63,275 nt of DNA, filler included, from Asterionella formosa (GCA_002256025.1; 9 parts of 9 records of this genome joined end to end with filler, not necessarily neighbours in it), one strand, 5' to 3'. Counted from the first letter of the whole stretch, positions 35,571-47,775 are shown. Notes: generated by a model from the letters alone, not told the origin. Translations and numbers: made by a program.

Positions 35571-38386
35571 GATGAGGATACAAATTAGAAATATGTTAGG
35601 GATTGTAATGTAAATAGTACAGTGCTCACGGATGTCGCGAAATCAGGTATTTTCTTGGTTGACCGAAAATCCGGAAACTCTTTGAATTTCATTACGATAA
35701 ATCTCGCATTATCAAAATGACAATGTCGATCGCCGTTCTCTTCCTATATAATAAGTATGGGCGCGTTTCGAAATACCAAATTAATTTGTGACAAAATTTT
35801 AAATCACAAATATTCTTTTGTGATTTTATAATTGATGTTGTCGTTGCGATCTGATATTCGAATTATTTTAGATTGACATAAACTAATTATATATAAATTT
35901 TTTATAACTATAATCTTTAACAGTTAAATTTTCATAGCGATGCATCCTCTTGTTTATTATGCCCCCTCTTGTACATTTCTTTACATGATAGGAGTACTGG
36001 TAGTCTACTGTTTATAATATCATTGAGGTACATAATTTCATCATCATCAGTCACTGACCATGTCAGCTTTAGTATTTGGGTCAAATATGAGTGCAACTTG
36101 TGCTGCTGGCAAATTGCATATGACATGAAATCGAAATCTGTGTCTTGTGTGATGATCAAGTCATCACAATGAAACAGCATATCTAAGTTGCAAGTCCCCT
36201 AAAGAAGTGCATTAGCAAGTTATAGCCATAATCTTGTGATGATGTCTTTATGTATTTAGTCTATTTTTTGTCAACATTGCAACTCCAGAATATGTTTGAA
36301 CATTTGGTTACAACATTTTGATACCATTTGCAGCTTTGCTTTCCATTGCAATCAAAATTTCTTCAGCAATTTTACCAGTGGTAGGAGCATCAATTTCACC
36401 CCTTTTTGGTATGCTGTTGATCAATCAATTATAGATATTCACAACTAGCTACAATCATTGTACTGAGTGTGGTATCATCATATTTCTTCTGATCTCCTGG
36501 TCATTTTCTCGGCTGCTACCACAGCCCCACGCAACCCGAAACATGACAAAGACGATATTCCCACACTGAAAAAAAATCCAGCAAAACAAGCTTGGTATTG
36601 TACGCTTTGTCGACAAGATTGAAAATTAAGTCTTCATTCTTCGCATATGCCTCGATAAAAATAACATAATTGATGGCATTGGGAACGATATAATCAAAAT
36701 CTTTTATGTGGTAGTCAGAAAAGAGCATCTTGCTTAGGAACGCTTGCAACGGCTACCAAGACAAGAAGATCGGTTGCTTGGTCTTATGTTTTCATTGTCA
36801 TTTCAGAAGCTTTGGAGAGGAACAAGGGATGCCATCTCTGGCCTACCTTCTTCCTTTGATCAGAAGAGGATGAAGACAGGATTATAATATAAATGGACGA
36901 CGATTGCGGAACATATAGATACCTTTATTAGGTTGATTGATTGATTAGTTTATGTACCAGTACTAGTAGGCATATATTGCATACCTTTTTTGGTGAGAGC
37001 ATGCCGTTTAGGGTATGAGCAAGCAAGTCTTGAAATATTCACGGAAATAAAATGTAGACATACATGAATAGACATATTTTAATATATTGTACAGTTATTT
37101 CTAACTGCAAAAATTTGTGTTTGTGTTGACCAAATTTGGTCACCCTGGTTCGCACCTAACACAACGACTCTTGCTTACCGGATTCCGTACTCATATCCCA
37201 ATAAGTTTCAAGCAAAACGTGTCTGATGGGCCAGGATCATTCGCTCCAAATTCACTATGGTACATTTATTACTAGGTACCAGGTACCAGTATAATGTACG
37301 ATTGGTCTACATGCAAAATGCATTACCGGTAGTTGACTCACTATACTACCTCAGGATCAACTGTTTACCAGTACCATCATCTGGGAGTAGTCCTATGGAG
37401 TCTACCAGTACCCTCTTTCTTATTAACTGCAACCTCTTTGACCTTTGAGCATTGGTGATATCGACAAACATGTACACACAGCAGATGTGCAGCCATATGA
37501 AAGCAAACTTGAGCCAAGTTGCGCAAGACTAGTGACTATTGCAACTGCCATGACTAAATAGATCGAGAGTCTGGACCTCACCAAGTCAGTTCTTCTTGAG
37601 GTTCACCTAGCTATTGGTTCAATTACCTTTGTTTCAATGAGTATAGAGCTTTATAATTTATGTTTGATAATTAATTTTAGACTGTATTGTCTTTGGGTTG
37701 TGCACAAGTCACAGTGACAGAGGGGGGAAATATGGCAGGAGTGCTCCAGAGTACCTGGTTCCAGTTGGCTGATGGAGCTACACATACTTTAACCCCATCC
37801 AGGCAGTATTCAAAAATCAGTTTTTCATGTCGTGAGCATGGTATAAATTGTGTCAAGATCATAGTTTGTGGAAATACAAGCTGCCCTCGTCAGCCCAGAA
37901 ACATCAGGATATAATTAGTGTTTTGCTCTATTGAAAGATACAACATTTATGTTGACTACTGGTTTTGTTGTATGAAATTTGTGTAGCACAAATTTGCTCA
38001 AGAAATAATTGAGAGTTGAGATCATATGATACTGGTATGAAATTTGACACTTGCCCTCTCAAAACTAAAATTCATTTAATGGACGTTCCTTGGATTTTTG
38101 GGTAATTTGACAATATGTTTCATTGCTTAGTGACCGAATTTCATTGGTACTGAATGCTCTCCTAATCAAAAACCTAGAGACTACTCTGCTTACATATTTT
38201 GTCACTTGGTGAGAATCCAACAAACGACCATTTGACAACTTGTGTATTAACAGGCATTCCCTTGAGTGAGTCCAACTAGAAAGTCAGTCAAGACAACAAG
38301 AACTCTCTGAAATCAGGCAGATATTTAATTTTATAAGTGGATAATGTCATTCTACCTTCGTCCCTGACAATAACAATGATTCTCAA

Positions 38387-38486
38387 NNNNNNNNNNNNNN
38401 NNNNNNNNNNNNNNNNNNNNNNNNNNNNNNTTAATTAATTAANNNNNNNNNNNNNNNNNNNNNNNNNNNNNNNNNNNNNNNNNNNN
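38387..38486. other. Artificial contig linker
   Basis: N44-TTAATTAATTAA-N44. Confidence 0.99.
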
Positions 38487-38764
38487 GTATACCTGCAAGT
38501 TGCGGTCATTTTGCTGAAATTGATGACGTGACGTAGGACAGGCGTTACTTACATAGAAAACGTCATCAATTCACTCTTTAAAATCGTCTGCATGCATGGT
38601 GACCGCTTAGTGATGAATTAGGTTTTATGCTAATTTTATTCTTCAAAACAGGGAAATGTCAAGAAAACAAACAATGACCAGGGCAATAGAGGGGGGGGGA
38701 CTATCTCTGTCCAGTGAAAAATGAGAGAGTTTTTCACCTCGCAAGAAAAACACGACTTCATGTT

Positions 38765-38960
38765 GCTATCGGCGATCTCAATTTTCGTTGTCATTATCAG
38801 TGTTATTACTTTACTTCTTTCACCACTGTGTTTTCTATGTCTTGCTTAATGTATGTAGCAAGCAGCAAAGTGTTGTTCTCAATTTTCGCGGAAATAATTC
38901 GTATTTTCGTCACGGTAAAGGTTGCAACAATATTATGCAGGATTCTCCAGCTGCTCACAA
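38765..38960. repeat. Diverged dispersed repeat, homologous to ~55484-55685
   Basis: Collinear shared blocks GCTATCGGC..TCAATTTTCGTTGTCA..GTTATTAC..TGCTTAAT..AGCAAAG..CTCCAGC..CTCACAAC. Confidence 0.8.
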
Positions 38961-39641
38961 CCACTACCTTCGCAATCTAGTGTTTTATATGTATAAAGTA
39001 ATCTCAAAATCGTAGCTAAATGGTTATATAGCTAGCAGTGCCTACGAGAAAAAAGAATTGCAGCATGTTACTTTGTCTATGTCTAGAAACTTATTGGGTG
39101 GTGTTTGGTGCCACCACGAAACAAATGTACATGGGGGGGGGGGGGGGGGGGCGGCGGGGGGGGGGGCGGGGGGGGGGGGTTATTAAAATCGGAATTCATA
39201 GTAGGAAACTCCTTGATCCCTGCCGTTTTTACAACCCTATTGATGTTTTCTCCGAACTAGGGTTAAACCGGGGCCGCAACCTTAATGTAGAGAAGTGGCA
39301 GTTATCCCTCGTAGATTTTTTAAAAAGCTTGATGGCCCCCTTTTTGACTATTTTTTGGATAGTTACAATTCCAAGAGGGATAACTGCCACTTCTCTCCAG
39401 AAATGAGGTCCTTGCCATATCTGAATATAGATCATACCACTAAGGCCGTCGCTAACCGTTGACCCAAACCAAAATCCAAAACTTATTTTTGGATTGGTTT
39501 TGGTTTTGGTCAACTGACGCAAAAACGATGCTATCGGTTTTTGTGAAATCCTAAATGTTGTCAACCACCCATCTACTGTGACGCAGGATGACAAAACCAT
39601 TATAAAAAAAGTAAATTATTTCTATTAGACTACTCTTACAA

Positions 39642-39741
39642 NNNNNNNNNNNNNNNNNNNNNNNNNNNNNNNNNNNNNNNNNNNNTTAATTAATTAANNN
39701 NNNNNNNNNNNNNNNNNNNNNNNNNNNNNNNNNNNNNNNNN
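39642..39741. other. Artificial contig linker
   Basis: N44-TTAATTAATTAA-N44. Confidence 0.99.
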
Positions 39742-39742
39742 C

Positions 39743-39979
39743 TCTGAAGCAATTGGACTCTATGAGAAAGCTGGCTATTCACGCGTGAACCAATCCATTC
39801 CAATGTATCATGACTTTACGAGATCGCTCAATTTGCAAGATGGAGCAACCAAGGGTCGTAAACACCTTTTATTGTGCAAACATGTAGGGAAGCTTAGACT
39901 TTCTAAGGATCCATGTATGTCGTTATTAGTTGAGACTGCAAGAGAAGGGATAGAGATGGGGTTCCAAGTTCCGTGTTGA
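39743..39979 (+). CDS. 3' end of a probable GNAT acetyltransferase
   Basis: Frame open from the contig edge: SEAIGLYEKAGY (GNAT motif B-like) through to stop at 39979. Confidence 0.6.
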   Translation, partial: SEAIGLYEKAGYSRVNQSIPMYHDFTRSLNLQDGATKGRKHLLLCKHVGKLRLSKDPCMSLLVETAREGIEMGFQVPC

Positions 39980-40736
39980 CACTATTTCAAGCACTTTGAA
40001 TGTACCGAAACCACAGACAAAAAATGCTGATCTCCAAACTTCCGTCTTTTTAACACAAACTTATGTAGGCCGATTAACAGATTAAAACATCACCAGAATG
40101 TGTAAAAGAGCAGAAACGTGCCTGAGGCCCTATTTTGTCCAAATTAACAATTAATGGAAAACTAATAAAATATTGCATTCCCGATAGTAAACTGAATTAT
40201 TGTGTATGAAAATATGAGAAGCTTGAATAATAAAACCTGGTAAATGACATTATTGAACGTTCGGTTCTTTAATAATCAATATCGCTAAAGTCAACCATGA
40301 AAATGAGCCATACGGCGATCTCCTGACAAATTCTTGAATAGGATATCATGAATGAGGCCAGTGAGATTCTCAGGAATGATTGCTTTGCCAAAAGCATGAT
40401 GTTTAGACCGAGGAAGTGCTACGTGGAGGATTAGTTGGTGGAAACTGCAGCACTTGGGCGGGAAAGGGCATATAACATAAATTATTTGGACAACATGAGA
40501 AAAAAATCGGTATAGCAGCAAAAACAACGAGAAACGATTGACACTGACACCAAAACAGCAATTGTTGGTGCTTGTTTTAGGGGTAGACTTTAGACTTATT
40601 ACAAATATAATAGAGAAAATACAGTTGAAACTCAAAAGAACATCATACATCAGTAGACATTAAACCAGCATAAACCCAAGGAGAGGCAGGCCATCCACGA
40701 AATGGGGCCTCAACATCTACTCAGCAACATTAATTT

Positions 40737-40895
40737 TCATTCCACCATAAATGGTAAGAATGAAATGGGACCAGATCTCGCAGACTCATTGAAAACATCA
40801 TTTATCCATGGATAGAGACGTGCTGCCCGTACTGATGTTCTTTGTTTTGCATCAGCAAGAGTCATACTTTTCACTAGTCGAACAACTTCAGTCGG
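40737..40895 (-). CDS. 3' end of a probable Ser/Thr protein kinase
   Basis: Open from the contig edge: PTEVVRLVKSMTLADAKQRTSVRAARLYPWINDVF..., resembling kinase subdomain XI. Confidence 0.45.
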   Translation of the reverse strand, partial: PTEVVRLVKSMTLADAKQRTSVRAARLYPWINDVFNESARSGPISFLPFMVE

Positions 40896-40896
40896 T

Positions 40897-40996
40897 NNNN
40901 NNNNNNNNNNNNNNNNNNNNNNNNNNNNNNNNNNNNNNNNTTAATTAATTAANNNNNNNNNNNNNNNNNNNNNNNNNNNNNNNNNNNNNNNNNNNN
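40897..40996. other. Artificial contig linker
   Basis: N44-TTAATTAATTAA-N44. Confidence 0.99.
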
Positions 40997-42151
40997 GAGG
41001 TGAAGGTTATCACCTTGGACCAACAAGGACACGCGAACCTGCTTCATTGACTGCTGCATTTGGAATTGCTGCCAACAAAGTGGTGAGAACAGAAAAGGTT
41101 GGAAGCGGAGGCTACACTAATCTAGTCAAGAAAAATCTCCGAACTGGATTTCCGCATATTGATGCGTATGGAGAGTCACGGAAAGATATTGCCTTCAAAT
41201 GCATCGACGGCTACTACAAAAAGATCAAGAGTGATAGAAAGAAGCCTTCAGACCCTCGCAAAACTTTTGATGGTGAAGAAGAAGACGATGCCGACGTAGC
41301 TGCTCGTGATGCTGTAAAATGTTTGGAACATGCCATGGTTGTGGTTGCAGGAGAGAAAAATGTTTACCGTGCCTGCATTGCACCGTCCTTGTTGCAAGGA
41401 ACAGACGAAGATGCCACTCAGATATCACCGTTCTACCGCAAGGCTTGCATAGCTGCATATTCCCACATTGTCGCAGCGATCGTTGATCGTGCAATGGACA
41501 TTATTGAGACTGTTTTCTTAAAGGAAGGCCTTATTGGACAGTCCAGCGGTGATAAAGGAGACAAGGAAGGCGCTTCATCGCCTTTGACGGTACGAAATGC
41601 TGCGTCAGCTGCTGCTTCGGGATTGCGGATGTTAGATGGCGTTAGAATGCTTGGACCGTCTCTTGCTAAACTTTGTGACATGCCATACGAGGACGATTTC
41701 TCTGCTGATGTACAGAAGGGCGGTCAAAGCACTATGACAGTTGCCTCAACCCTCTGTATTGCCATTCACAGAACTACTGTGAAGAATACAGCCAAGACGT
41801 TGGAGAACCTTGCGAAAGCGATCCAAGAGGATCCCGTCAATGGTGTAAAGCACCGTCCTCCTGATGCTCGTATTGCATCTGTGAGCTCCGACGTTGTTCG
41901 TGCGCTTCGTCTCATTTCGCCATTCGTCAGCGCATATAAATCCGTCACAAAACGACGTGCTCTCCCTTGGGATCCAAATATCGGAGAGGAAGCAGGTGAG
42001 ATGGAGTCGTACGTGAGATTTTTGATCATGCGCCTGCTTAACTCGCTTCAAGGAAAAGCATTGAATTACACAAAGGGAAACGAAGAGGACGAGGGTGGTC
42101 AAGCGAAAGCCAATATGTTTATTATCAACAACACCTTCTACCTACTTCAAC
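40997..42151 (+). CDS. EXO70: Exocyst component Exo70, internal fragment (copy 1)
   Basis: Frame open across the whole contig; Exo70 C-terminal pattern RPPDARIASVSSDVV..LIMRLLNSLQGKALNY..MFIINNTFYL. Confidence 0.75.
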
Positions 42152-42251
42152 NNNNNNNNNNNNNNNNNNNNNNNNNNNNNNNNNNNNNNNNNNNNTTAAT
42201 TAATTAANNNNNNNNNNNNNNNNNNNNNNNNNNNNNNNNNNNNNNNNNNNN
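42152..42251. other. Artificial contig linker
   Basis: N44-TTAATTAATTAA-N44. Confidence 0.99.
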
Positions 42252-43406
42252 GAGGTGAAGGTTATCACCTTGGACCAACAAGGACACGCGAACCTGCTTC
42301 ATTGACTGCTGCATTTGGAATTGCTGCCAACAAAGTGGTGAGAACAGAAAAGGTTGGAAGCGGAGGCTACACTAATCTAGTCAAGAAAAATCTCCGAACT
42401 GGATTTCCGCATATTGATGCGTATGGAGAGTCACGGAAAGATATTGCCTTCAAATGCATCGACGGCTACTACAAAAAGATCAAGAGTGATAGAAAGAAGG
42501 CTTCAGACCCTCGCAAAACTTTTGATGGTGAAGAAGAAGACGATGCCGACGTAGCTGCTCGTGATGCTGTAAAATGTTTGGAACATGCCATGGTTGTGGT
42601 TGCAGGAGAGAAAAATGTTTACCGTGCCTGCGTTGCACCGTCCTTGTTGCAAGGAACAGACGAAGATGCCACTCAGATATCCCCGTTCTACCGCAAGGCT
42701 TGCATAGCTGCATATTCCCACATTGTCGCAGCGATCGTTGATCGTGCAATGGACATTATTGAGACTGTTTTCTTAAAGGAAGGCCTTATTGGACAGTCCA
42801 GCGGTGACAAAGGAGACAAGGAAGGCGCTTCATCGCCTTTGACGGTACGAAATGCTGCGTCAGCTGCTGCTTCGGGATTGCGGATGTTAGATGGTGTTAG
42901 AATGCTTGGACCGTCTCTTGCTAAACTTTGTGACATGCCATACGAGGACGATTTCTCTGCTGATCTACAGAAGGGCGGTCAAAGCACTATGACAGTTGCC
43001 TCAACCCTCTGTATTGCCATTCACAGAACTACTGTGAAGAATACAGCCAAGACGTTGGAGAACCTTGCGAAAGCGATCCAAGAGGATCCCGTCAATGGTG
43101 TAAAGCACCGTCCTCCTGATGCTCGTATTGCATCTGTGAGCTCCGACGTTGTTCGTGCGCTTCGTCTCATTTCGCCATTCGTCAGCGCATATAAATCCGT
43201 CACAAAACGACGTGCTCTCCCTTGGGATCCAAATATCGGAGAGGAAGCAGGTGAGATGGAGTCGTACGTGAGATTTTTGATCATGCGCCTGCTTAACTCG
43301 CTTCAAGGAAAAGCATTGAATTACACAAAGGGAAACGAAGAGGACGAGGGTGGTCAAGCGAAAGCCAATATGTTTATTATCAACAACACCTTCTACCTAC
43401 TTCAAC
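42252..43406 (+). CDS. EXO70: Exocyst component Exo70, internal fragment (copy 2, probable allele)
   Basis: Same 1155-bp boundaries as 40997-42151; at least 6 SNPs, 3 non-synonymous (P/A, I/V, V/L). Confidence 0.75.
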
Positions 43407-43506
43407 NNNNNNNNNNNNNNNNNNNNNNNNNNNNNNNNNNNNNNNNNNNNTTAATTAATTAANNNNNNNNNNNNNNNNNNNNNNNNNNNNNNNNNNNNNN
43501 NNNNNN
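43407..43506. other. Artificial contig linker
   Basis: N44-TTAATTAATTAA-N44. Confidence 0.99.
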
Positions 43507-43510
43507 ATGT

Positions 43511-44100
43511 CCAACCCAGCCCTCATCAAATTGATTGTCTGCAATCAGTAAACAACGGTCGCAGAGTGAGTTCATGGACGAACAATTGTTACAAAGGCAT
43601 CGTTCTTGTTGTGCTTACCATGCCGCCTGATTCACAACAAATCCCTTGCTCAACAGATTGATTGTCTGTAGACAAAGAACAGCGTTTGCAGAGTAAGTTC
43701 GTGATCAACAATTAACATGCACAAAATCAAGCCCTTCTTCTAATTCATTACAAATAGGCAATGCCTGCGCTAACAATTCCGAACAAAGACGAAGGAGAAT
43801 AGGAGAGGAGATCTGCCCACAACAAGCAACAGCAAACAATATCAGCAGAAGGTAAGAAAACATTGCACTTGCTTACCATGTATACATTTGTCCCCTAGCT
43901 ATGCACCAGAGGAATCCTTTCAACAATGCAAATAACAAATGATTGATAGCCTGCCTGACACAGGATAGCCATCCTGACACAGGCAGAGCACGACGCATTT
44001 CATTATTCTCAAGGTTCAACCCTGCCCTGCCAAACACAGATTGATTGTCTGTAGAAAAAGAAAAAGGTTCGCAGAGTATGTTCATGACTGACCACTTTTC
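43511..44100. repeat. Three diverged ~70-bp repeats
   Basis: Core ATTGATTGTCTG..GCAGAGT..GTTC(A/G)TG at ~43530, ~43657 and ~44040. Confidence 0.75.
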
Positions 44101-44661
44101 CAATTCCAAACGGGACAAGTAAGAGGAAGAACGAAATGGAGGTAAGGGAACTACAACAGCAATCATTCATATTTCCAAACACAAGACGAAGAAAACGAGC
44201 GACGGTGCAGAGCAACAACAAAAAGAACAACAGCAATGTGACAAAAGACCTGTTTCCATTTCCCAAAATATTAACTGCTTACCATAATTTCTCGAACTTT
44301 CAGATGCATCCTTTCTGTGATGACAAGCAAGGAGAAACAAAAAATGCCTGCCTGTTTCTTCCAGAGGAACCGGCCCACAACAGAGTCCTTCTTGTTATCT
44401 GGAAGCGAAGAACAAGATTCACAGAGTCAGATGATGGCTGGTTTTTAACAAACAAGACCTTTTTACATTTCATATCAAACAATGCATGTTCAAGTTCAAA
44501 CGCAGGGCGAGGAACACCAAGGAAGAGAAGGTTTTACAGCCACAGTAACCATAACGAAAGAACAATAGAATAAGAACAAGAAAAATGACAGCAGAAACAG
44601 CAGGGACAGCGGTAACGACAACGAGAACACAACCATGATAGCAGAAAAGACGACAAAAACG

Positions 44662-44761
44662 NNNNNNNNNNNNNNNNNNNNNNNNNNNNNNNNNNNNNNN
44701 NNNNNTTAATTAATTAANNNNNNNNNNNNNNNNNNNNNNNNNNNNNNNNNNNNNNNNNNNN
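44662..44761. other. Artificial contig linker
   Basis: N44-TTAATTAATTAA-N44. Confidence 0.99.
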
Positions 44762-44847
44762 GCAGAGGATGCCTTCTTGACAGGAGCTGGGGCGAATGCA
44801 GCAGCTGAGCCGACGAGAAGAGCGCTGATAGCAACAGTGAACTGCAT
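44762..44847 (-). CDS. 5' end of a nucleus-encoded plastid-targeted protein (possibly a light-harvesting protein)
   Basis: MQFTVAISALLVGSAAAFAPAPVKKASS: signal peptide plus ASAFAP-type motif; mature part cut off by the contig end. Confidence 0.8.
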
Positions 44848-45487
44848 TGTATTATTTGTTGTTGCTTTGTCGAAGGCTATTATGGACTCAAAATGAATTT
44901 GTGAGAACACGAAGGCGAAACGATGGAGAGGAAATGGATCTTACGAATCTTTGACTTCTCATTTTGGTACCCCGTTCAACATTGTGTACTTAGCAATAGC
45001 GATATTTGGTAGGAGTACGTACAGACCAGTGAAGTGATAGTTTGGATGCAACTATGCCAGAACAGAGGGAGAGAACTTATGTGCGATAATTGAATACACA
45101 CATACGTATGTGAATTCCATTACTGGTCCCCTGCTACCCACGTACGTGCTTGTCAGCATTGGGGATCGTCGTCCCTAGACCATACATTCAACATGAAAGC
45201 CAATCAAAAGTTCACAGACGCCACTTTGTTAGCTGCCATGAGCAACGTCATACCCTACGGTATGTTCAGTCGTATGATGCGACCGGTATTAGGATTTGTT
45301 GTTATGGAGGTTACCGGGAAATTATATCTTGAATATTTCGAATACCTGGTACAGGTATGCCGATAAGAATAATATCCGGGTACTGGTAGTTATGTAGTAA
45401 CAATTGTACCGTTTCTGTATGTTAGGAATGTCCCTCTGCACTGACACTTGTAAGTACTGTTACGTCACTTCTTGCAGTTCGGACCTG

Positions 45488-45626
45488 TTAAGGTTCCTGC
45501 ATTTCAACCCTCCAAAAGTGCAGAAAGGAACTTCGGTTTTTTTAACTATGCTGAAAATAGCGGATTTTACTGGGCCAACTTGTTTATTTGGCCTAGTTAA
45601 AAAGCCCATGTTCCTTTCTGCACTTT
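45488..45626. mobile_element. MITE-like derivative of the Mutator-like element at 15298
   Basis: TTAAGGTTCCTGCATTTCAACCCT and TGCAGAAAGGAACTTCGGTTTTT shared with 15298-15549; perfect 17-bp inverted repeat 45515-45531/45610-45626 extending imperfectly inward. Confidence 0.8.
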
Positions 45627-45847
45627 CTCATCGAAAGTAAACTTCTGAGGCTATATGAAGATTACCTATGTACTCAACTCTTCTTCTAACCCTGCCAACA
45701 TTGAGCTATCATTGTTCAAAAATTCGACAATATTGATCTTTTCAATGGTCTTCAAAATGTCAGAATCAGAATCACTAATTGCCGAAACGTCATCATTGGA
45801 ATAGGAGTTTTTTGATTCAATTTTTTGTCCTACAATCACCTGTGAGG

Positions 45848-45893
45848 CTGACAAAAAGGCAGGTCCCGTTGTACTGTACGGACAAATAAAACC
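45848..45893 (+). mobile_element. SINE-like element, 3' tail only (copy E, tail type 2)
   Basis: GGCAGGTCCCGTTGTACTGTACGGACAAATAAAACC matches the tails of copies C and D. Confidence 0.7.
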
Positions 45894-46851
45894 AGTACTC
45901 CTATGATATCTATTCATTAGCTGAGGTCAACACACTCAGCATCACGATGCCATTTCAGATATATTCACAATACAGGTATGTTATTCATATATTTTTTATC
46001 TTCAGAATTCATACGGAATATAGTTTATGTAAAAGAATAAGAGAATTCACATTGGATGCTGACAATATCGATGGTAAAGATGATTGTTGATATGCTTCAT
46101 GCACCCAGTTAACAACAACCACATTGCATTGATTTTCTCCATCATTTCATGCCCAATAGCACTCCGAAGATTTGCAGTCGATAACACACTAATTCGAATA
46201 GATATTTAGTTGAGCATTTCAAATTCAATATTAAATGATTCATTCCATACTTGTTTTGTGCTCATTAGGGTTGGTTGTTGCTTACATCACAAATCTTGTC
46301 GCGATATTTCTCGAGATCCATATCGCTCTGTTTTTCTCAATCAAATAAGGGCAAATTGCAATCAAACAATTTGTAGTGAAGTTGTCTTTCGCAATGATTT
46401 ATCCTCTAAAAAATTTATCTTGAACTTTTAAAATATTTAGTTGTAACATCAACTAGTCCTGCCTTGGAAATAACCTTATGATTGTGAACCATCACATGAA
46501 ACCTTGACAAGTAATCTTGTTCGCTCAGTATAACAGTAAATATTATTTACGTGAAGTGCACAACCATAAACCGTACCTGGTAGCATGAATTAAGACACCA
46601 CAAATATCCTTACTATTTCACAAAGGAAGATGCATGTCGTAAATGAATTAGCCTCGAGAGCACGACTTACTTGAACTTTGAAATGAATTATTTGAAACAT
46701 CAACTGATTCAGTATTGAGTTCAAAGTTTTTTGTGAAATCTTCACATGAAACTGTTAAAAGTAACCTTTTCTACAGGAAGAGTAGCATTAATTCATGTGA
46801 AGTAGTAAGAGTAATTATAAAACAAAGCTTGTTAACATCACGACGTAACTA

Positions 46852-47066
46852 TGTCGCCGGACAAAGAGTATATAATTGAATTATTCCATTAATGTGAGAT
46901 TATATTACGCTCCACTGGTCAATATAATCATACTACAGATCTCCGTACATATATTATGTACGTAACCAGTTACATCTCATATGACTTCAACCTGTACTCT
47001 GCTCCCACCGTATGAGGAACTCAACACGTGTATGCCTTGTGTATAGCTGATCCATTTCTCCTTACT
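46852..47066 (-). mobile_element. Candidate solo LTR
   Basis: 47031-47064 identical to 11650-11683 (5' edge of copia remnant); the other end reads ...CCGGCGACA on the minus strand; ACTATG at 46848-46853 and 47064-47069. Confidence 0.5.
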
Positions 47067-47419
47067 ATGAAGTAGTAACACATAATTAACACTCCTACGT
47101 AGAGCAAATTTCGAAAAGTGGCGTATTTCGCGGCTTAAATGTACAAGTGCGGTAGCTAGAATAATAAAGAATTGTACTCGCCTTAATGATTTCGACAAAA
47201 AAAGTTACTTTTTAAGAGTGATTTCAGTACCTATCAAAGCTTACCCCTCACGCTACAATAGCTTATCAAAGATTTAGAAGAAGGCTTCTAGTGAATATGC
47301 CATAGTTGATGTAAAGAATTCTATGAAAAATTTATGAAGTTGCATTGCAAAGGTACTTGTGATCCGGCCGACGAAATTAGCTGCAGCGTTAAAATGTACA
47401 ATTGCTGATGATATTTCCA

Positions 47420-47775
47420 CTTTGCAATCATTTCCTTTGCTAATTCCCTTCCCTTTTTGTTTTCCCATTCCATTCGATTCTGCAGCGCATTATTAGTATA
47501 TTCATCAGACTATAGTCCAAAGACTCCGTTTTCTTCATCCGATTCTTTCTTAAGTGGGATGATGTAAATGTCAGAAAAGGTAATTTCCAACTCATACCAA
47601 CTATCAGATGGATCAGTCTTGGACCGTCCAGATCTATCAGACAAGAAGCCTCCAACATTTCAATGTACAAAAGCTGATTCCATTCGAAAAGTTCATGCCA
47701 ATTTCGTATTGTGTGGGCCACATTGGATGTTTGGATCATGTGAACAATTGTTGCCTTGACATCGTCAACCACTGA
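47420..47775 (-). pseudogene. Decayed cyclic-nucleotide phosphodiesterase domain (diatom cyclase-PDE fusion family)
   Basis: KATIVHMIQTSNVAHTIRNWH..WNQLLYIEM, then frameshifted FDIYIIPL and GVFGL..DEYTNNALQNRMEWENKK. Confidence 0.75.

Noticed and set aside
35900..38386. Short ORFs in an AT-rich region
   Set aside because: No recognisable domain or coherent exon chain; probably very old TE debris.
39133..39179. Poly-G tracts (also ~28710-28735) as G-quadruplexes or Gly/Pro-rich coding sequence
   Set aside because: Homopolymer runs in decayed or short contigs; slippage or sequencing artefact is equally likely.
23811..43406. Exocyst gene cluster (SEC8 plus two EXO70)
   Set aside because: The genes are on different contigs joined by artificial linkers, and the EXO70 pair looks allelic.
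45900..46430. LINE remnant as the source of the adjacent SINE tail
   Set aside because: Similarity to a LINE C-terminus is faint and lies on the opposite strand to the tail at 45848-45893.
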